Below are positions 1-8,726 of a DNA stretch of 64,000 nucleotides, piece by piece. Both the position numbers and the translations under genes were made by a program. How positions within the stretch are numbered: the first letter of the stretch is position 1; each line of letters opens with the position of its first letter. Source of the DNA: a virus (lineage: Duplodnaviria > Caudoviricetes); the IMG/VR virus record IMGVR_UViG_2936072512_000001, positions 1-64,000 of that record, one strand, 5' to 3'. The notes beneath the pieces are model-generated. The model searched no databases. It was given only the letters and a program-made list of their open reading frames with translations, and was not told the DNA's origin.

Positions 1-179
1 AGGCGCTGCGCACCCCCCCTACGGCGGCCGCGCTGGGTTGGGGCCCCGTCGGCCCCAAGACGTCCGCGTCACCAGCCCCCCGGGGGGGGGGGCCGTCCTT
101 TGGCCGGGACGGACCCGCCGCACCCCCTGACCTCCCTGCACTCCCTCACTCCCGCCCAACCCACCGAAGGAGCCCGCCC

Positions 180-686
180 GTGGACATCACCTACTGCGAA
201 GAGACCGGCTGCAGCTGGTACGTGCTGCAGTCGTCGCCCGGCTCGTCGTTCCAGACGGCCACCGTGCGCCGCCACGTCTACCGCAACCTGCACCGCTGGT
301 TCGTGCACGGCGCCGACGACAGCGTGCTGCGCGAGTACCTCGGCCACGTCGACGGCTGGGTCGGCAAGCAGGCCAAGTTCTGGGAGCTGCTCAACAGCGA
401 CCCCGACCAGTACCGGCTCATCGTCGGCAAGCGCCCGCTCGTCCAGGCCGTCCACGCCGCCGGAAGCAACCCCGGGCGGCCGGCCGAGGGCGCCGTCATG
501 GACGACGGCGGGGCGCTGACGTGCTCGTGCGGGAACTCGCCGGAGGCCTCCGGCTTCGAGACCGCGCGCAAGGACGGCACCCGCTGCGAGCCGGACGACA
601 GCTGGGGCGGCATCTGGCGGTGCAACTCCTGCCTGCTGGTGATCGACGCCAGCCGGATCGTGTTGCCCGTGCTGCAGGAGCAGTAG
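180..686 (+). CDS. hypothetical protein with C-terminal Cys cluster
   Basis: GAAGGAG RBS; CxC...CxxC. Confidence 0.7.
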   Translation: MDITYCEETGCSWYVLQSSPGSSFQTATVRRHVYRNLHRWFVHGADDSVLREYLGHVDGWVGKQAKFWELLNSDPDQYRLIVGKRPLVQAVHAAGSNPGRPAEGAVMDDGGALTCSCGNSPEASGFETARKDGTRCEPDDSWGGIWRCNSCLLVIDASRIVLPVLQEQ

Positions 687-1022
687 ATGCCGCAGTTCAC
701 GCCCAACCAGGCCGCCCGCTCGATCCTGCGCCGCCTGGAAGAGGACGGCTGGACCTGCACCCCGCCCGACGCCCCTCACCGGTCGGTGTGGGCGGTTCGC
801 CTGGCCCGCGAAACCTGCTGGCTCGGCGTGCTCCAGGTGTCGGCGGCCAAGGGGCGGGCCCTGCGCATCTCGCTGCTCTGGCACCCGTACGCCGGCTCCA
901 CTCGCGGCCTCGACGAACGGCACGCCGAGGGCGCCCACGACATCCGAGCCCTGATCGGCCAGACCACCCGCTGGGGCTGGCAGCCCGCCATCCTCACCCA
1001 ACCCCGCAAGGAGGCGTCATGA
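687..1022 (+). CDS. hypothetical protein
   Basis: starts directly after upstream stop. Confidence 0.65.
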   Translation: MPQFTPNQAARSILRRLEEDGWTCTPPDAPHRSVWAVRLARETCWLGVLQVSAAKGRALRISLLWHPYAGSTRGLDERHAEGAHDIRALIGQTTRWGWQPAILTQPRKEAS

Positions 1023-1330
1023 GCCTGTACCCGCCGCTGCCGGACAACCCCACCTGGGCGGAGCTGGTGCCGGGCGACCGGCTGGAGTTCACCACGAGCG
1101 CCAGGCCGGGCAAGCCGAGCCGCACCTACACCTGGGAGATCACCGGTGCCGCCCGCCCGGCCGCCGGCAAGCCGTACCCCTACGACGCGATGGTCGACAT
1201 CCGGGAGCACCTCGGCTTCCAGGAGCCGACCGACACGTCGATGACCGTGGAACTGGCCGGGAACCCGGGCCGGTCGGCCCTCGGCTCGATCGTCGTCATC
1301 CACCCGTCGCCCGACCGGGACAAGCCATGA
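1019..1330 (+). CDS. hypothetical protein
   Basis: AGGAGG RBS, ATGA overlap. Confidence 0.65.
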   Translation: MSLYPPLPDNPTWAELVPGDRLEFTTSARPGKPSRTYTWEITGAARPAAGKPYPYDAMVDIREHLGFQEPTDTSMTVELAGNPGRSALGSIVVIHPSPDRDKP

Positions 1331-1746
1331 AGCCCAGCACGTTACGGCTGCGCGCCCCGGCCTGCGGCTGGACCGTCCAGGACGTCAGCACCTGGCACTC
1401 CGTGCACATCGCCCGCGACGACTGGACGATCACCGTCGTCTTCTCGCGCGGCGGGGGAGAGGCCCCGCAGGAGGCGACCATCGTCAAGCCGGGTGCGGAC
1501 GGCCCGGCCCCGCTGCCGCTGAACCAGGTCACCACCTACCTCCACGGCAACCGCGCCGACATGGCGCTGTTCCGGATCGGCGACGGCGTCATCGTCGACG
1601 ACGAGCGCGGCCACGTCACCGACATCACCCCCGAGCCGTTCCGCGACCGGCACCCGCTGCCGGTCCGGCTGACCGTCCTGCTCGACAACGGCAAAACCAT
1701 CACCCCCTACGTCACCCGCGCCACCTGCGAAGGAGCAACCCCATGA
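1327..1746 (+). CDS. hypothetical protein
   Basis: ATGA overlaps on both sides. Confidence 0.7.
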   Translation: MKPSTLRLRAPACGWTVQDVSTWHSVHIARDDWTITVVFSRGGGEAPQEATIVKPGADGPAPLPLNQVTTYLHGNRADMALFRIGDGVIVDDERGHVTDITPEPFRDRHPLPVRLTVLLDNGKTITPYVTRATCEGATP

Positions 1747-2378
1747 CCATCGAGCTGCCGCCGCTGTACGGCACGCCGGAGGCCGCCCGCGCCTGGGCCG
1801 CCTACGACGCCATCGCCGAGTCGCGCGTCCTGTGGGTGCAGGACACCTACCGATCCTTCGTGCGTGCCGATGACGTCGCACACCTGGCCGGGCCCACGCA
1901 CATCGACGACGCCGAGGTGGACATCTTCCCTTCCAACGCCTCAGACACCTACGTTCTGGCGCCGGAGGAGCGGGCCCGCTGCAGGACGTCGCTGTGCCTG
2001 GCCGGAACCGTGTGCGACCTCAACGGCGGCCGGTGGCTGTTCACCATCGACCCCTTGGGCCATCCGCTGATCGCCGGGGCCCCTGCCAGCTACTTCGACC
2101 TGGACCATGAGGCCGAGTCCTACCTGCTGGCCGAACCCGACGACAACCCGCTCGCCATCCGCGACCGCAGCGGCCACCGCGTGATCACGGCGCACAATCG
2201 GGCCAGCAGGCTGCTCGGCCTCGACGACGACGGCGACGCCCACGACCTGTTCTCGGGCAGCAACCGGCTCGACGACCTGCTGCAGAAGGTGGAGCGCACG
2301 TACGGCCCGCGTCCCGCGAGCACGAAGCCGAGCACGACGGGGAGCACGACGGGCACGACGGAAAGCCCGGTGGCGTGA
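1743..2378 (+). CDS. hypothetical protein
   Basis: GAAGGAG RBS, ATGA overlap. Confidence 0.7.
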   Translation: MTIELPPLYGTPEAARAWAAYDAIAESRVLWVQDTYRSFVRADDVAHLAGPTHIDDAEVDIFPSNASDTYVLAPEERARCRTSLCLAGTVCDLNGGRWLFTIDPLGHPLIAGAPASYFDLDHEAESYLLAEPDDNPLAIRDRSGHRVITAHNRASRLLGLDDDGDAHDLFSGSNRLDDLLQKVERTYGPRPASTKPSTTGSTTGTTESPVA

Positions 2379-2965
2379 TGATCGACTTCATCGTGTCACA
2401 GGTCATCGGCTCGCTCGTGGCCGACCTCGACAGCGTCACCGTCCGACGAGACCGGAGCCGCATCCTCGTCGGCGACGCCCGCGTCGTGTGGGACCTGGCC
2501 GCCCTTCCCGACATCCCCGAAGAGGACGAGGAGCCGACCGGCCGGCTGCCGGGCGTGGAGACGATGGTGGGTGACGGCACCTGGATGTGGCATCGGGAGC
2601 TGCGCCCGCGCCTCCTGGAGCAGACCGGCCGCTACGACCTGGCCTCCGCGTGGAGCGAGATGTACGGCGACCACCTGCGGGAGGTCGAGTACTACGCCCG
2701 CATCGACTGGTCGACGTGGAGCCGCGACGGCTCCAGGGTCGGCGTCCTGCAGTACGCGCCCGTCGCCGTGAACGACGCGTGGCTGAGCCGCGTCCACCGC
2801 ACCTATCCGGGCCTGGTGTTGTACGGCATCGACCCGTGCATGCCGCTGGCGGTCCGCGCAGGCGACGACGGCCAGGTGGTCGGGTTCGTCGACCCGAACG
2901 TCCTGCCGCCCGTGGAGCCGGGCGTGCTGGACGCGATCTCCAGCTCCATCCTCGCCCCCGCCTAA
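2375..2965 (+). CDS. hypothetical protein
   Basis: coupled to upstream gene, followed by hairpin. Confidence 0.7.
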   Translation: MMIDFIVSQVIGSLVADLDSVTVRRDRSRILVGDARVVWDLAALPDIPEEDEEPTGRLPGVETMVGDGTWMWHRELRPRLLEQTGRYDLASAWSEMYGDHLREVEYYARIDWSTWSRDGSRVGVLQYAPVAVNDAWLSRVHRTYPGLVLYGIDPCMPLAVRAGDDGQVVGFVDPNVLPPVEPGVLDAISSSILAPA

Positions 2966-2976
2966 CCCCGTCCTGA

Positions 2977-3004
2977 GCTGGTCCCCGCCCGAGCGGGGAC
3001 CAGC
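2977..3004 (+). terminator. stem-loop, probable terminator
   Basis: GCTGGTCCCCGC-ccga-GCGGGGACCAGC after stop. Confidence 0.6.
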
Positions 3005-3013
3005 GCCTATACC

Positions 3014-3027
3014 TAGCGCAACCGCTA
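3014..3027. promoter_or_regulatory. TAGCG-N4-CGCTA palindrome
   Basis: TAGCGCAACCGCTA just upstream of the RBS of 3044. Confidence 0.75.
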
Positions 3028-3043
3028 CGCAGAAAGGCTGTCG

Positions 3044-4390
3044 ATGTACGGCACCGTGAAGACCCCGCCCGCGATCAAGCCCACGACGGGCCGCGCGGCG
3101 GCCATGACCGACGACGAATACGCGGCCTGGCGCGAGGAGCAGACGACCGGCGCGCTGAGCGTGCTCGGCTACGCGGCGGGCACCGCCTTCCACCTGGCCG
3201 CCAACCCGCACCTGATCGACGTCTTCCGCCTGTACGCCGCCCAGTTCTCGCACTACAACCTGCGCAACAAGCTGCGGCTGTTCGGCCAGGACCCGCGCGC
3301 CACCCGCGTCCAGGGCGACAAGTGGTGGCTGCGCGAGGGCCGCCAGGTCGTCGAAGGCGCCGCGCCCCTGTGGGTGGACGCCCTCTACACGGGCAAGCGC
3401 ACCAAGGAGGTCACCGACAAGCGGACCGGCGAGACCGAGCAGGTCGAGGCGCAGTACCGGGCGGTCGTCCCGCAGCAGGTCTACGACATCACCCAGACCG
3501 TGCCCGTGCCCGACACCAAAGGCCGCGGCTGCATGGTGTGCACCACCCCAGCAGGCGAGCCGTGCCCGCCCTACTGCGGCATCTACCTGAGCGAGCGTGG
3601 CCGCATCCCGAGCCGCATGCAGGTGCTGCTGGAGATATTCGACGTGCTCAAGGAGTACGGCGGCGTCGACGTCGAAGGAACGCTCGCCCAGCTCGGGCCC
3701 GACGCCTACGAGGAAGGAGACCAGGTGGACGGCACCACCCTGGAGCTGATCAAGGTCACCATGAGCAACGGCAGGAAGACCACCCGCCGCGTGCACGTGA
3801 CCGGCCCCGACGACAAGGGCCGCATCCGGTACGCCGTCCTGAAGGTCGGCGTGTTCTGGATCTCGCTCGACGAGCTCGCCTACGACCAGAACCGGCGCGG
3901 CACCAGCGTGCGCGTCCAGTACGGCGACGACCCCGAGCCCGGAGATGAGCACCGCTGGGCGATGAACCACGGAGAGAAGGCACGCCCGTACGCGCCCGTC
4001 ATCAACGGCGTCACCCTCGCCGGCTACGGCGTGGCCAACGCTGATGAGGCCGACGACCCCGGCTTCTGGGTGAGCGTCGGGCGGCCGGGACGGTATGGCA
4101 CCGGGCGCGTGCCGGACAAGACGGAGAAGGCGGCCCGGCAGATCGTCGCCCAGCTGGTGAAGCTGTGGCGGGAGCGGCCCGACCTCGACAAGGTCAGGGC
4201 GGCCCACGACCGTTTCCACGCGCCGCACCGGCTGGCCAACCACGAGCACGAGGCGGAGAAGATGCGCGCCCTGGCCGAGGAGTACGGCGCCAAGCTGCTC
4301 GACGCGCAGGAGAAGGCCGCCGCGCAGCGCGCCCTGCTGGCCGCCGAGAAGGCCGCCGAGGACGACGAGAACGCCGCCGCCGCGGTGTGA
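3044..4390 (+). CDS. ArdC-like N-terminal ssDNA-binding domain protein
   Basis: FSHYNLRNKLRLFGQDPRATRVQGDKWWLREGRQV resembles the ArdC-N YSxxN..Q.P.AT.V.G...W...GRQV pattern. Confidence 0.65.
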   Translation: MYGTVKTPPAIKPTTGRAAAMTDDEYAAWREEQTTGALSVLGYAAGTAFHLAANPHLIDVFRLYAAQFSHYNLRNKLRLFGQDPRATRVQGDKWWLREGRQVVEGAAPLWVDALYTGKRTKEVTDKRTGETEQVEAQYRAVVPQQVYDITQTVPVPDTKGRGCMVCTTPAGEPCPPYCGIYLSERGRIPSRMQVLLEIFDVLKEYGGVDVEGTLAQLGPDAYEEGDQVDGTTLELIKVTMSNGRKTTRRVHVTGPDDKGRIRYAVLKVGVFWISLDELAYDQNRRGTSVRVQYGDDPEPGDEHRWAMNHGEKARPYAPVINGVTLAGYGVANADEADDPGFWVSVGRPGRYGTGRVPDKTEKAARQIVAQLVKLWRERPDLDKVRAAHDRFHAPHRLANHEHEAEKMRALAEEYGAKLLDAQEKAAAQRALLAAEKAAEDDENAAAAV

Positions 4391-4391
4391 G

Positions 4392-4463
4392 GGGTCGAGC
4401 CCGGCCGTATCGGGCTCGACCCGTCCCTGATCGTACGGCTCGCGCAGCGAGCGCGAGCCGTAC
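4392..4463 (+). terminator. two consecutive stem-loops
   Basis: GGGTCGAGCCCG/CGGGCTCGACCC and GTACGGCTCGCGC/GCGCGAGCCGTAC. Confidence 0.55.
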
Positions 4464-4494
4464 TCCGCTACCACGAAGACCTGAAAGGACACCG

Positions 4495-4767
4495 ATGGAC
4501 GCCACCGGCAAGCAGACCGTCGCCGAGCTCGTCAAGGCGACCGGGTTGCCCCTGAGCCTGCACGTCAACGACGTGCTCGACGCGATCGAAGGCGGCAACG
4601 GCACCCGCGCCCGCAACTGCCTGGCCCGAAACGACATCACCACCCTGGAGCACCTGCAGCGCGCCGACGACGAGGGGCTGCTCGACATCCGCAACTTCGG
4701 GGAGCTGTGCCTGAAGGAGGTGAAGCAGGTCCTGGCGCGTCGCGCCGAGAGCACGCCCAACCGTTAA
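4495..4767 (+). CDS. stand-alone RNA polymerase alpha subunit C-terminal domain protein
   Basis: RARNCLARNDITTLEHL...LLDIRNFGELCLKEVKQVL matches the RpoA CTD signature; GAAAGGA RBS. Confidence 0.8.
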   Translation: MDATGKQTVAELVKATGLPLSLHVNDVLDAIEGGNGTRARNCLARNDITTLEHLQRADDEGLLDIRNFGELCLKEVKQVLARRAESTPNR

Positions 4768-4779
4768 CGCCGTTAATAC
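4763..4779. promoter_or_regulatory. parS-like site, third copy
   Basis: GTTAACGCCGTTAATAC, same motif as 7627/7673. Confidence 0.55.
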
Positions 4780-4797
4780 CAGTAGATCGTCTACATA

Positions 4798-4823
4798 TCG
4801 GCTCCGCCGTACGGCGGAGCCGA
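4798..4823. repeat. perfect 26-bp palindrome
   Basis: TCGGCTCCGCCGTACGGCGGAGCCGA. Confidence 0.8.
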
Positions 4824-4846
4824 CCCCACCAAGGAGAAGACCCCGC

Positions 4847-5596
4847 ATGTCCATCACGCTCAACGCCCAGCTCCCCGTCGAGCTGCTCAACTCCGCCGTC
4901 TACACCGACCCCGACGCCGCCCACACCTACGCCACCACCCGGCGCGGCAAGCGCACCAACCTGCACGTTCCCGCCTGCCCGACCGTCTCCAGCCAGCCGA
5001 CCGGCGAATGGAGCGGCAGCGCCTCCGAGGGCGACGGCGGCGCGACCTCGGGCCGCTTCTGGGCCGACTGCTGCATGCCCCACCGGGTCGCCCACGTCAC
5101 CCTCCCGGACGGCACCAAGCGCTACCGCCCGGCCGGGCCGATCGGCAGCGACGACTACGAGGGCCGCGCCGTCTACGCCGAGTGGGCCGTCGTCCGCCGC
5201 AGCGACAGCGGCCCCTGGCAGGTGCTCGCCTGGGCCAGCGACCCCGACCAGGCGGACAAGCTCGCCGGCGAGCTCGACGCGCCGGTCCTGGTGCACATCG
5301 GCCAGGGCCTGATCGCCCGCAGCTGGCTGACGGGCGTCGACATGCTGGAGGAGCGTCTGCAGCTGCACGGCATCACGTCCACCGCCGTGGCGTTCGGCGA
5401 GCACAGCGCCCGCCTGCACTTCACCGTGGGCAAGGAACCGATGATCGTGACCGTCACCCCCGGCACCACCGGCCTGGCCTCCTTCGCGCTGCTCAACGTC
5501 CCCAGCAAGGCGAGCGAGGAGACCACCATCGAGCAGTGGGACGACGCGGACGGCCTCATCGAACGCCTCCTCCAGCTCAACAAGAAGAGAAAGTAG
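4847..5596 (+). CDS. hypothetical protein
   Basis: AAGGAG RBS, typical codon usage. Confidence 0.7.
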   Translation: MSITLNAQLPVELLNSAVYTDPDAAHTYATTRRGKRTNLHVPACPTVSSQPTGEWSGSASEGDGGATSGRFWADCCMPHRVAHVTLPDGTKRYRPAGPIGSDDYEGRAVYAEWAVVRRSDSGPWQVLAWASDPDQADKLAGELDAPVLVHIGQGLIARSWLTGVDMLEERLQLHGITSTAVAFGEHSARLHFTVGKEPMIVTVTPGTTGLASFALLNVPSKASEETTIEQWDDADGLIERLLQLNKKRK

Positions 5597-5607
5597 CGGA
5601 ACCGCTA
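5594..5607. promoter_or_regulatory. TAGCG-N4-CGCTA palindrome
   Basis: TAGCGGAACCGCTA overlapping a stop codon, upstream of HU. Confidence 0.75.
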
Positions 5608-5656
5608 GGTTTTTCTTACCGTCTATCAAGACAGACAGAAGGCCGAGAGGAGACCC

Positions 5657-5935
5657 TTGAACCAGACACAGCTCGTCGCCGAACTCGCCGCGCGCCACAA
5701 CCTTCCCAAGCCCGCGATGCAGGCGATCGTGTCCGACCTGTTCGACACGATCCAGAACACCGTGGCCGCGGGCGGCGAGGTGTCCATCCAGAACTGGGGG
5801 AAGTTCACCGCCACCACCCACAAGGCGGGCACGGCCCGTAACCCGAGGACCGGGGTCGAAGTCCAGGTGCCTCAGCGCAGGCGCCCCACCCTGCGGCCCG
5901 GCAAGGGCTTCGTGGCCGCCGTCAACGGCCAGTAG
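5657..5935 (+). CDS. hup: HU family DNA-binding protein
   Basis: MNQTQLVAELA...WGKF...ARNPRTG..VQVP....PTLRPGK HU/IHF signature. Confidence 0.92.
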   Translation: MNQTQLVAELAARHNLPKPAMQAIVSDLFDTIQNTVAAGGEVSIQNWGKFTATTHKAGTARNPRTGVEVQVPQRRRPTLRPGKGFVAAVNGQ

Positions 5936-5952
5936 CTCGAGCGCGCCTTCGC

Positions 5953-6004
5953 GGGGCGTGAGCCGTACCGCCAGCACAGCGCTGGCGCGGACGGCTCACG
6001 CCCC
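5953..6004. terminator. long stem-loop between convergent genes
   Basis: GGGGCGTGAGCCGT...ACGGCTCACGCCCC. Confidence 0.6.
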
Positions 6005-6066
6005 CTGGTACGAACGAGCCAAGCCAGCGCGAGGCTAGAGAGTCCTGTGACCGTCGCCCTGCCCCG

Positions 6067-6543
6067 TCACCGGTTCGGCTCCACCTTCAGCACCACGTAC
6101 CCAGCCGCCCCGCGCTCCAGGCGCAACCTGTCGAACAAGGCTTCGTTGGCCGAGTCCAGCTTCGGGTTAAACCCGTCAGAGCTTGGCTTCATGGCTGACG
6201 AAAACGGCTCAACGTAGATGGTCTCGGGTCTGTGGGCCGACTCCATGCTCACAAAGCCGGTAGGCCCGCTGTCCTTCCAGCCGCGTCGCTCCAGTGCCTC
6301 GACGACCTGGCCGAACGCGTCACCTTCTGCAGATCCGCCGTCGAGGATGAGGACCACAGAAATGTCGTGCTCGCCGTCGTAGTACCACTCATCCGTCGTT
6401 TCTGCGACAACTCTTCCCAGCGTCCGTAACTCGGCCACGAGACCGGGATCTACACGAGCTGTACTCGTCCACAAACCGCTGCAGGCCGAGACGAGCACCA
6501 TCGCGAGAGCAACCCCAATCCATCGACCGCCCCTGGCGACCAT
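6067..6543 (-). CDS. putative lipoprotein (antisense accessory gene)
   Basis: signal peptide with lipobox VSAC; lower-GC codons. Confidence 0.65.
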   Translation of the reverse strand: MVARGGRWIGVALAMVLVSACSGLWTSTARVDPGLVAELRTLGRVVAETTDEWYYDGEHDISVVLILDGGSAEGDAFGQVVEALERRGWKDSGPTGFVSMESAHRPETIYVEPFSSAMKPSSDGFNPKLDSANEALFDRLRLERGAAGYVVLKVEPNR

Positions 6544-6694
6544 GGCGCCACTGTAGCGGCCGGACGCACCCAACTGAACGAGCCGGTGCACCTCAACCAA
6601 CGAGCCGACCGGCTCGCCCCTGGCGGTTCCCGGGACAAACTCCACCCACAGGGGTAGCGTCCGCTGCACTCATCCCCTCGCGAAAGGGCGCACC

Positions 6695-6943
6695 ATGGGC
6701 GACGCACCCGACCTGATCCACCACCAGGTGGCCCCGCTGACCCTCGGCCAGCTCCGCGAGCTCACCAGGGACCTGCCCGACAACCTCATCGTCACCGTCG
6801 TCCCCTCGGTCGGCCCCGGCCGGCCCGGCGACCAGGAGCAGGCCGTCACCCACGTCGGCCCCGAGTACGGCGGCGCGCCGCAGGGGCGGCTGACGCTGCT
6901 GGCCGACTGGCCGCCCGGCGACTACCACCGGGCGCCGCAGTGA
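6695..6943 (+). CDS. hypothetical protein
   Basis: GAAAGG RBS, typical codon usage. Confidence 0.6.
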   Translation: MGDAPDLIHHQVAPLTLGQLRELTRDLPDNLIVTVVPSVGPGRPGDQEQAVTHVGPEYGGAPQGRLTLLADWPPGDYHRAPQ

Positions 6944-7192
6944 TCCCCCGACGCCCTCCGACTCAGGCGGAGGAGCGCGGGACCGGCTCCGCCCGCATTG
7001 GGAGTCTTGCGAGGGCTGTCGCGTTGGCCGGCTCGCTCCGATACCGTGCTGTACGGCGGAAGCACCCGCTTTTCCACAGTCAGCTCCAGCCCACGCGGTG
7101 AGGCATCGAGATGGATGTGCGGTTTGTCCATGCCAGGCTGACGACCTCGCCTGATCATTGGACATCCAGACGCTCGGCGTGGGAGCGCTGAC

Positions 7193-7585
7193 GTGGCCAC
7201 CAGAATGCCGAAGGGCGGCCCGCAATGGCGCGCACGAAACAGATATCTCAGAAGGCGGCATCGTGAGGGCGGGTACCGAGGCAAACCTCCTCCACCATGG
7301 ACCTTCTCTGAAGCAGTCGGTACAGCTGGCGACATAACAGTCCGCCTCGGCCGCCTCGCCCTCGGGGTTCCGCCGCTACTGCTGCTCTGGTGCCTGCGCT
7401 CGAAGGTTCGCACGTGGGTCCCTCTTGGGTTTCTTCTCCTTATCGCAGGCATCGAGACAGTGGCCGACACGGGTCCAGCCGCGGCCGTAGTCGTCGTCGT
7501 CTCTGCCATTGCGGTGTTGTACGAAGTCGTGGCCCGGCTTCGGAAGAAACTCGAAGCCTGGTGGAACGGCGACTCCGATGGGTGA
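7193..7585 (+). CDS. putative membrane protein
   Basis: several hydrophobic segments; start uncertain. Confidence 0.45.
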   Translation: MATRMPKGGPQWRARNRYLRRRHREGGYRGKPPPPWTFSEAVGTAGDITVRLGRLALGVPPLLLLWCLRSKVRTWVPLGFLLLIAGIETVADTGPAAAVVVVVSAIAVLYEVVARLRKKLEAWWNGDSDG

Positions 7586-7626
7586 TGGCTCCCGACAGCT
7601 GCCCGCCTCTTCGGATACTGCCACGC

Positions 7627-7689
7627 GTTAACGGCGTTAATACTCCGCTTCACGAATAGATCGTTGAGCAGAGTATTAACGCCGTTAAC
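7627..7689. promoter_or_regulatory. candidate parS centromere: 19-bp inverted repeat pair
   Basis: GTTAACGGCGTTAATACTC ... GAGTATTAACGCCGTTAAC directly downstream of parB; each arm has a palindromic TTAACG-N-CGTTAA core. Confidence 0.7.
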
Positions 7690-7694
7690 AGGGC

Positions 7695-8726
7695 CTACTC
7701 CCCCGCGTCTTCTTCAAGATCGGCGCGAAGCTCGGCCGCCGCCACGTGGAGCTTGTCGATCGCCACATCGATCACGCCCAAGATCCGGCGCGCGATGTCC
7801 GGCTGGTCCTTGGCCACGCGGCGCAGAGCGCGCAGGTTGCCCGCCTGAGAGGCCGCCTGGACCAGCGCCCCCTCGACACGCATCGCCTCGTCGAAGTGAT
7901 CACCGTCGACACGGCTGGTGCGCCCCTCCCCCGCTCCCCCGCCCTGCGTGGTGTCCGCGTTCGTGGGCGCCGAGGGTTCGCGCCGCGGCGGCTGCTGCCC
8001 GCCTGACCCGGTCGCGGTCTGCCGGTCGGGTGCCGGCGCGGGAGCAGGGACCGGGTTCGGGGACGGACTGGCGGCCGGGGCAGGCTCAGGAAGCCGCTGT
8101 TCATCGGCGGGAAGCCGCCCGATCCGGCGCGCGTCCTCCAGCTTCAACCGGCCGTCCTTCAAGGCCTCCCGCATCTCGGGGATGAGCCCGAGCAGCGACA
8201 GCCGCTGCGACACCCACGCTGGCGTCTTTCCGAGCGCCTTGGCGGCTCCGCCCTGCGACAGCTCGGCCTTCTCCATCAGCTTGCGGATGGCTTCGGCCTC
8301 GTCCAGAGGCTCCATGGCGAGCCGCTGGATGTTCTCGATCAGGGCGTTCTGAAGCGACTGGTCTGCGCTCTGGCGGACATCGACGGGCGGCTCGACAAGC
8401 CCGGCCAGCTCGCAGGCGTACCGGCGCCGGTGGCCGAAGGCGATGACGTACGGCTTTGCCTCGTCGACGAGGCCGCGGTGCTCGGGCCGGGCCTCCAGCC
8501 AGGCGGGCGTTGGGACGAGCACGATCCGCTGGAGCAGGCCGGACTCGCGGATGCTGTCGGCCAGCTCCTGCAGCTCGTCGGAGTGGGCGGCGCGGCTGGG
8601 CGGGTTGTCCGGGTTGTCGGCCATCTGGTCGACGTGGACCTTGTCCGGCCACTGGGGCTTGTTGCGGTTGCCCATCTTGAGATCAGCCAGGGAGCGCTTC
8701 TGGCCCGAAGCTGCGGCGACGGTCAT
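7695..8726 (-). CDS. parB: ParB/Spo0J family partition protein
   Basis: ELADSIRESGLLQ, GHRR, ENIQR, HTH (AKALGKTPAWVSQRLSLL). Confidence 0.92.
   Translation of the reverse strand: MTVAAASGQKRSLADLKMGNRNKPQWPDKVHVDQMADNPDNPPSRAAHSDELQELADSIRESGLLQRIVLVPTPAWLEARPEHRGLVDEAKPYVIAFGHRRRYACELAGLVEPPVDVRQSADQSLQNALIENIQRLAMEPLDEAEAIRKLMEKAELSQGGAAKALGKTPAWVSQRLSLLGLIPEMREALKDGRLKLEDARRIGRLPADEQRLPEPAPAASPSPNPVPAPAPAPDRQTATGSGGQQPPRREPSAPTNADTTQGGGAGEGRTSRVDGDHFDEAMRVEGALVQAASQAGNLRALRRVAKDQPDIARRILGVIDVAIDKLHVAAAELRADLEEDAGE

Noticed and set aside
2318-2361. Short GCACGA(C/A)G tandem repeats
   Set aside because: Low-complexity STTG protein tail
2396-4492. Long antisense or alternate-frame ORFs (e.g. 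2396-4492, 21809-23191, 55769-57394, 57554-59242, 59550-61301)
   Set aside because: Shadow ORFs of high-GC coding regions; no motifs, and they overlap well-supported genes
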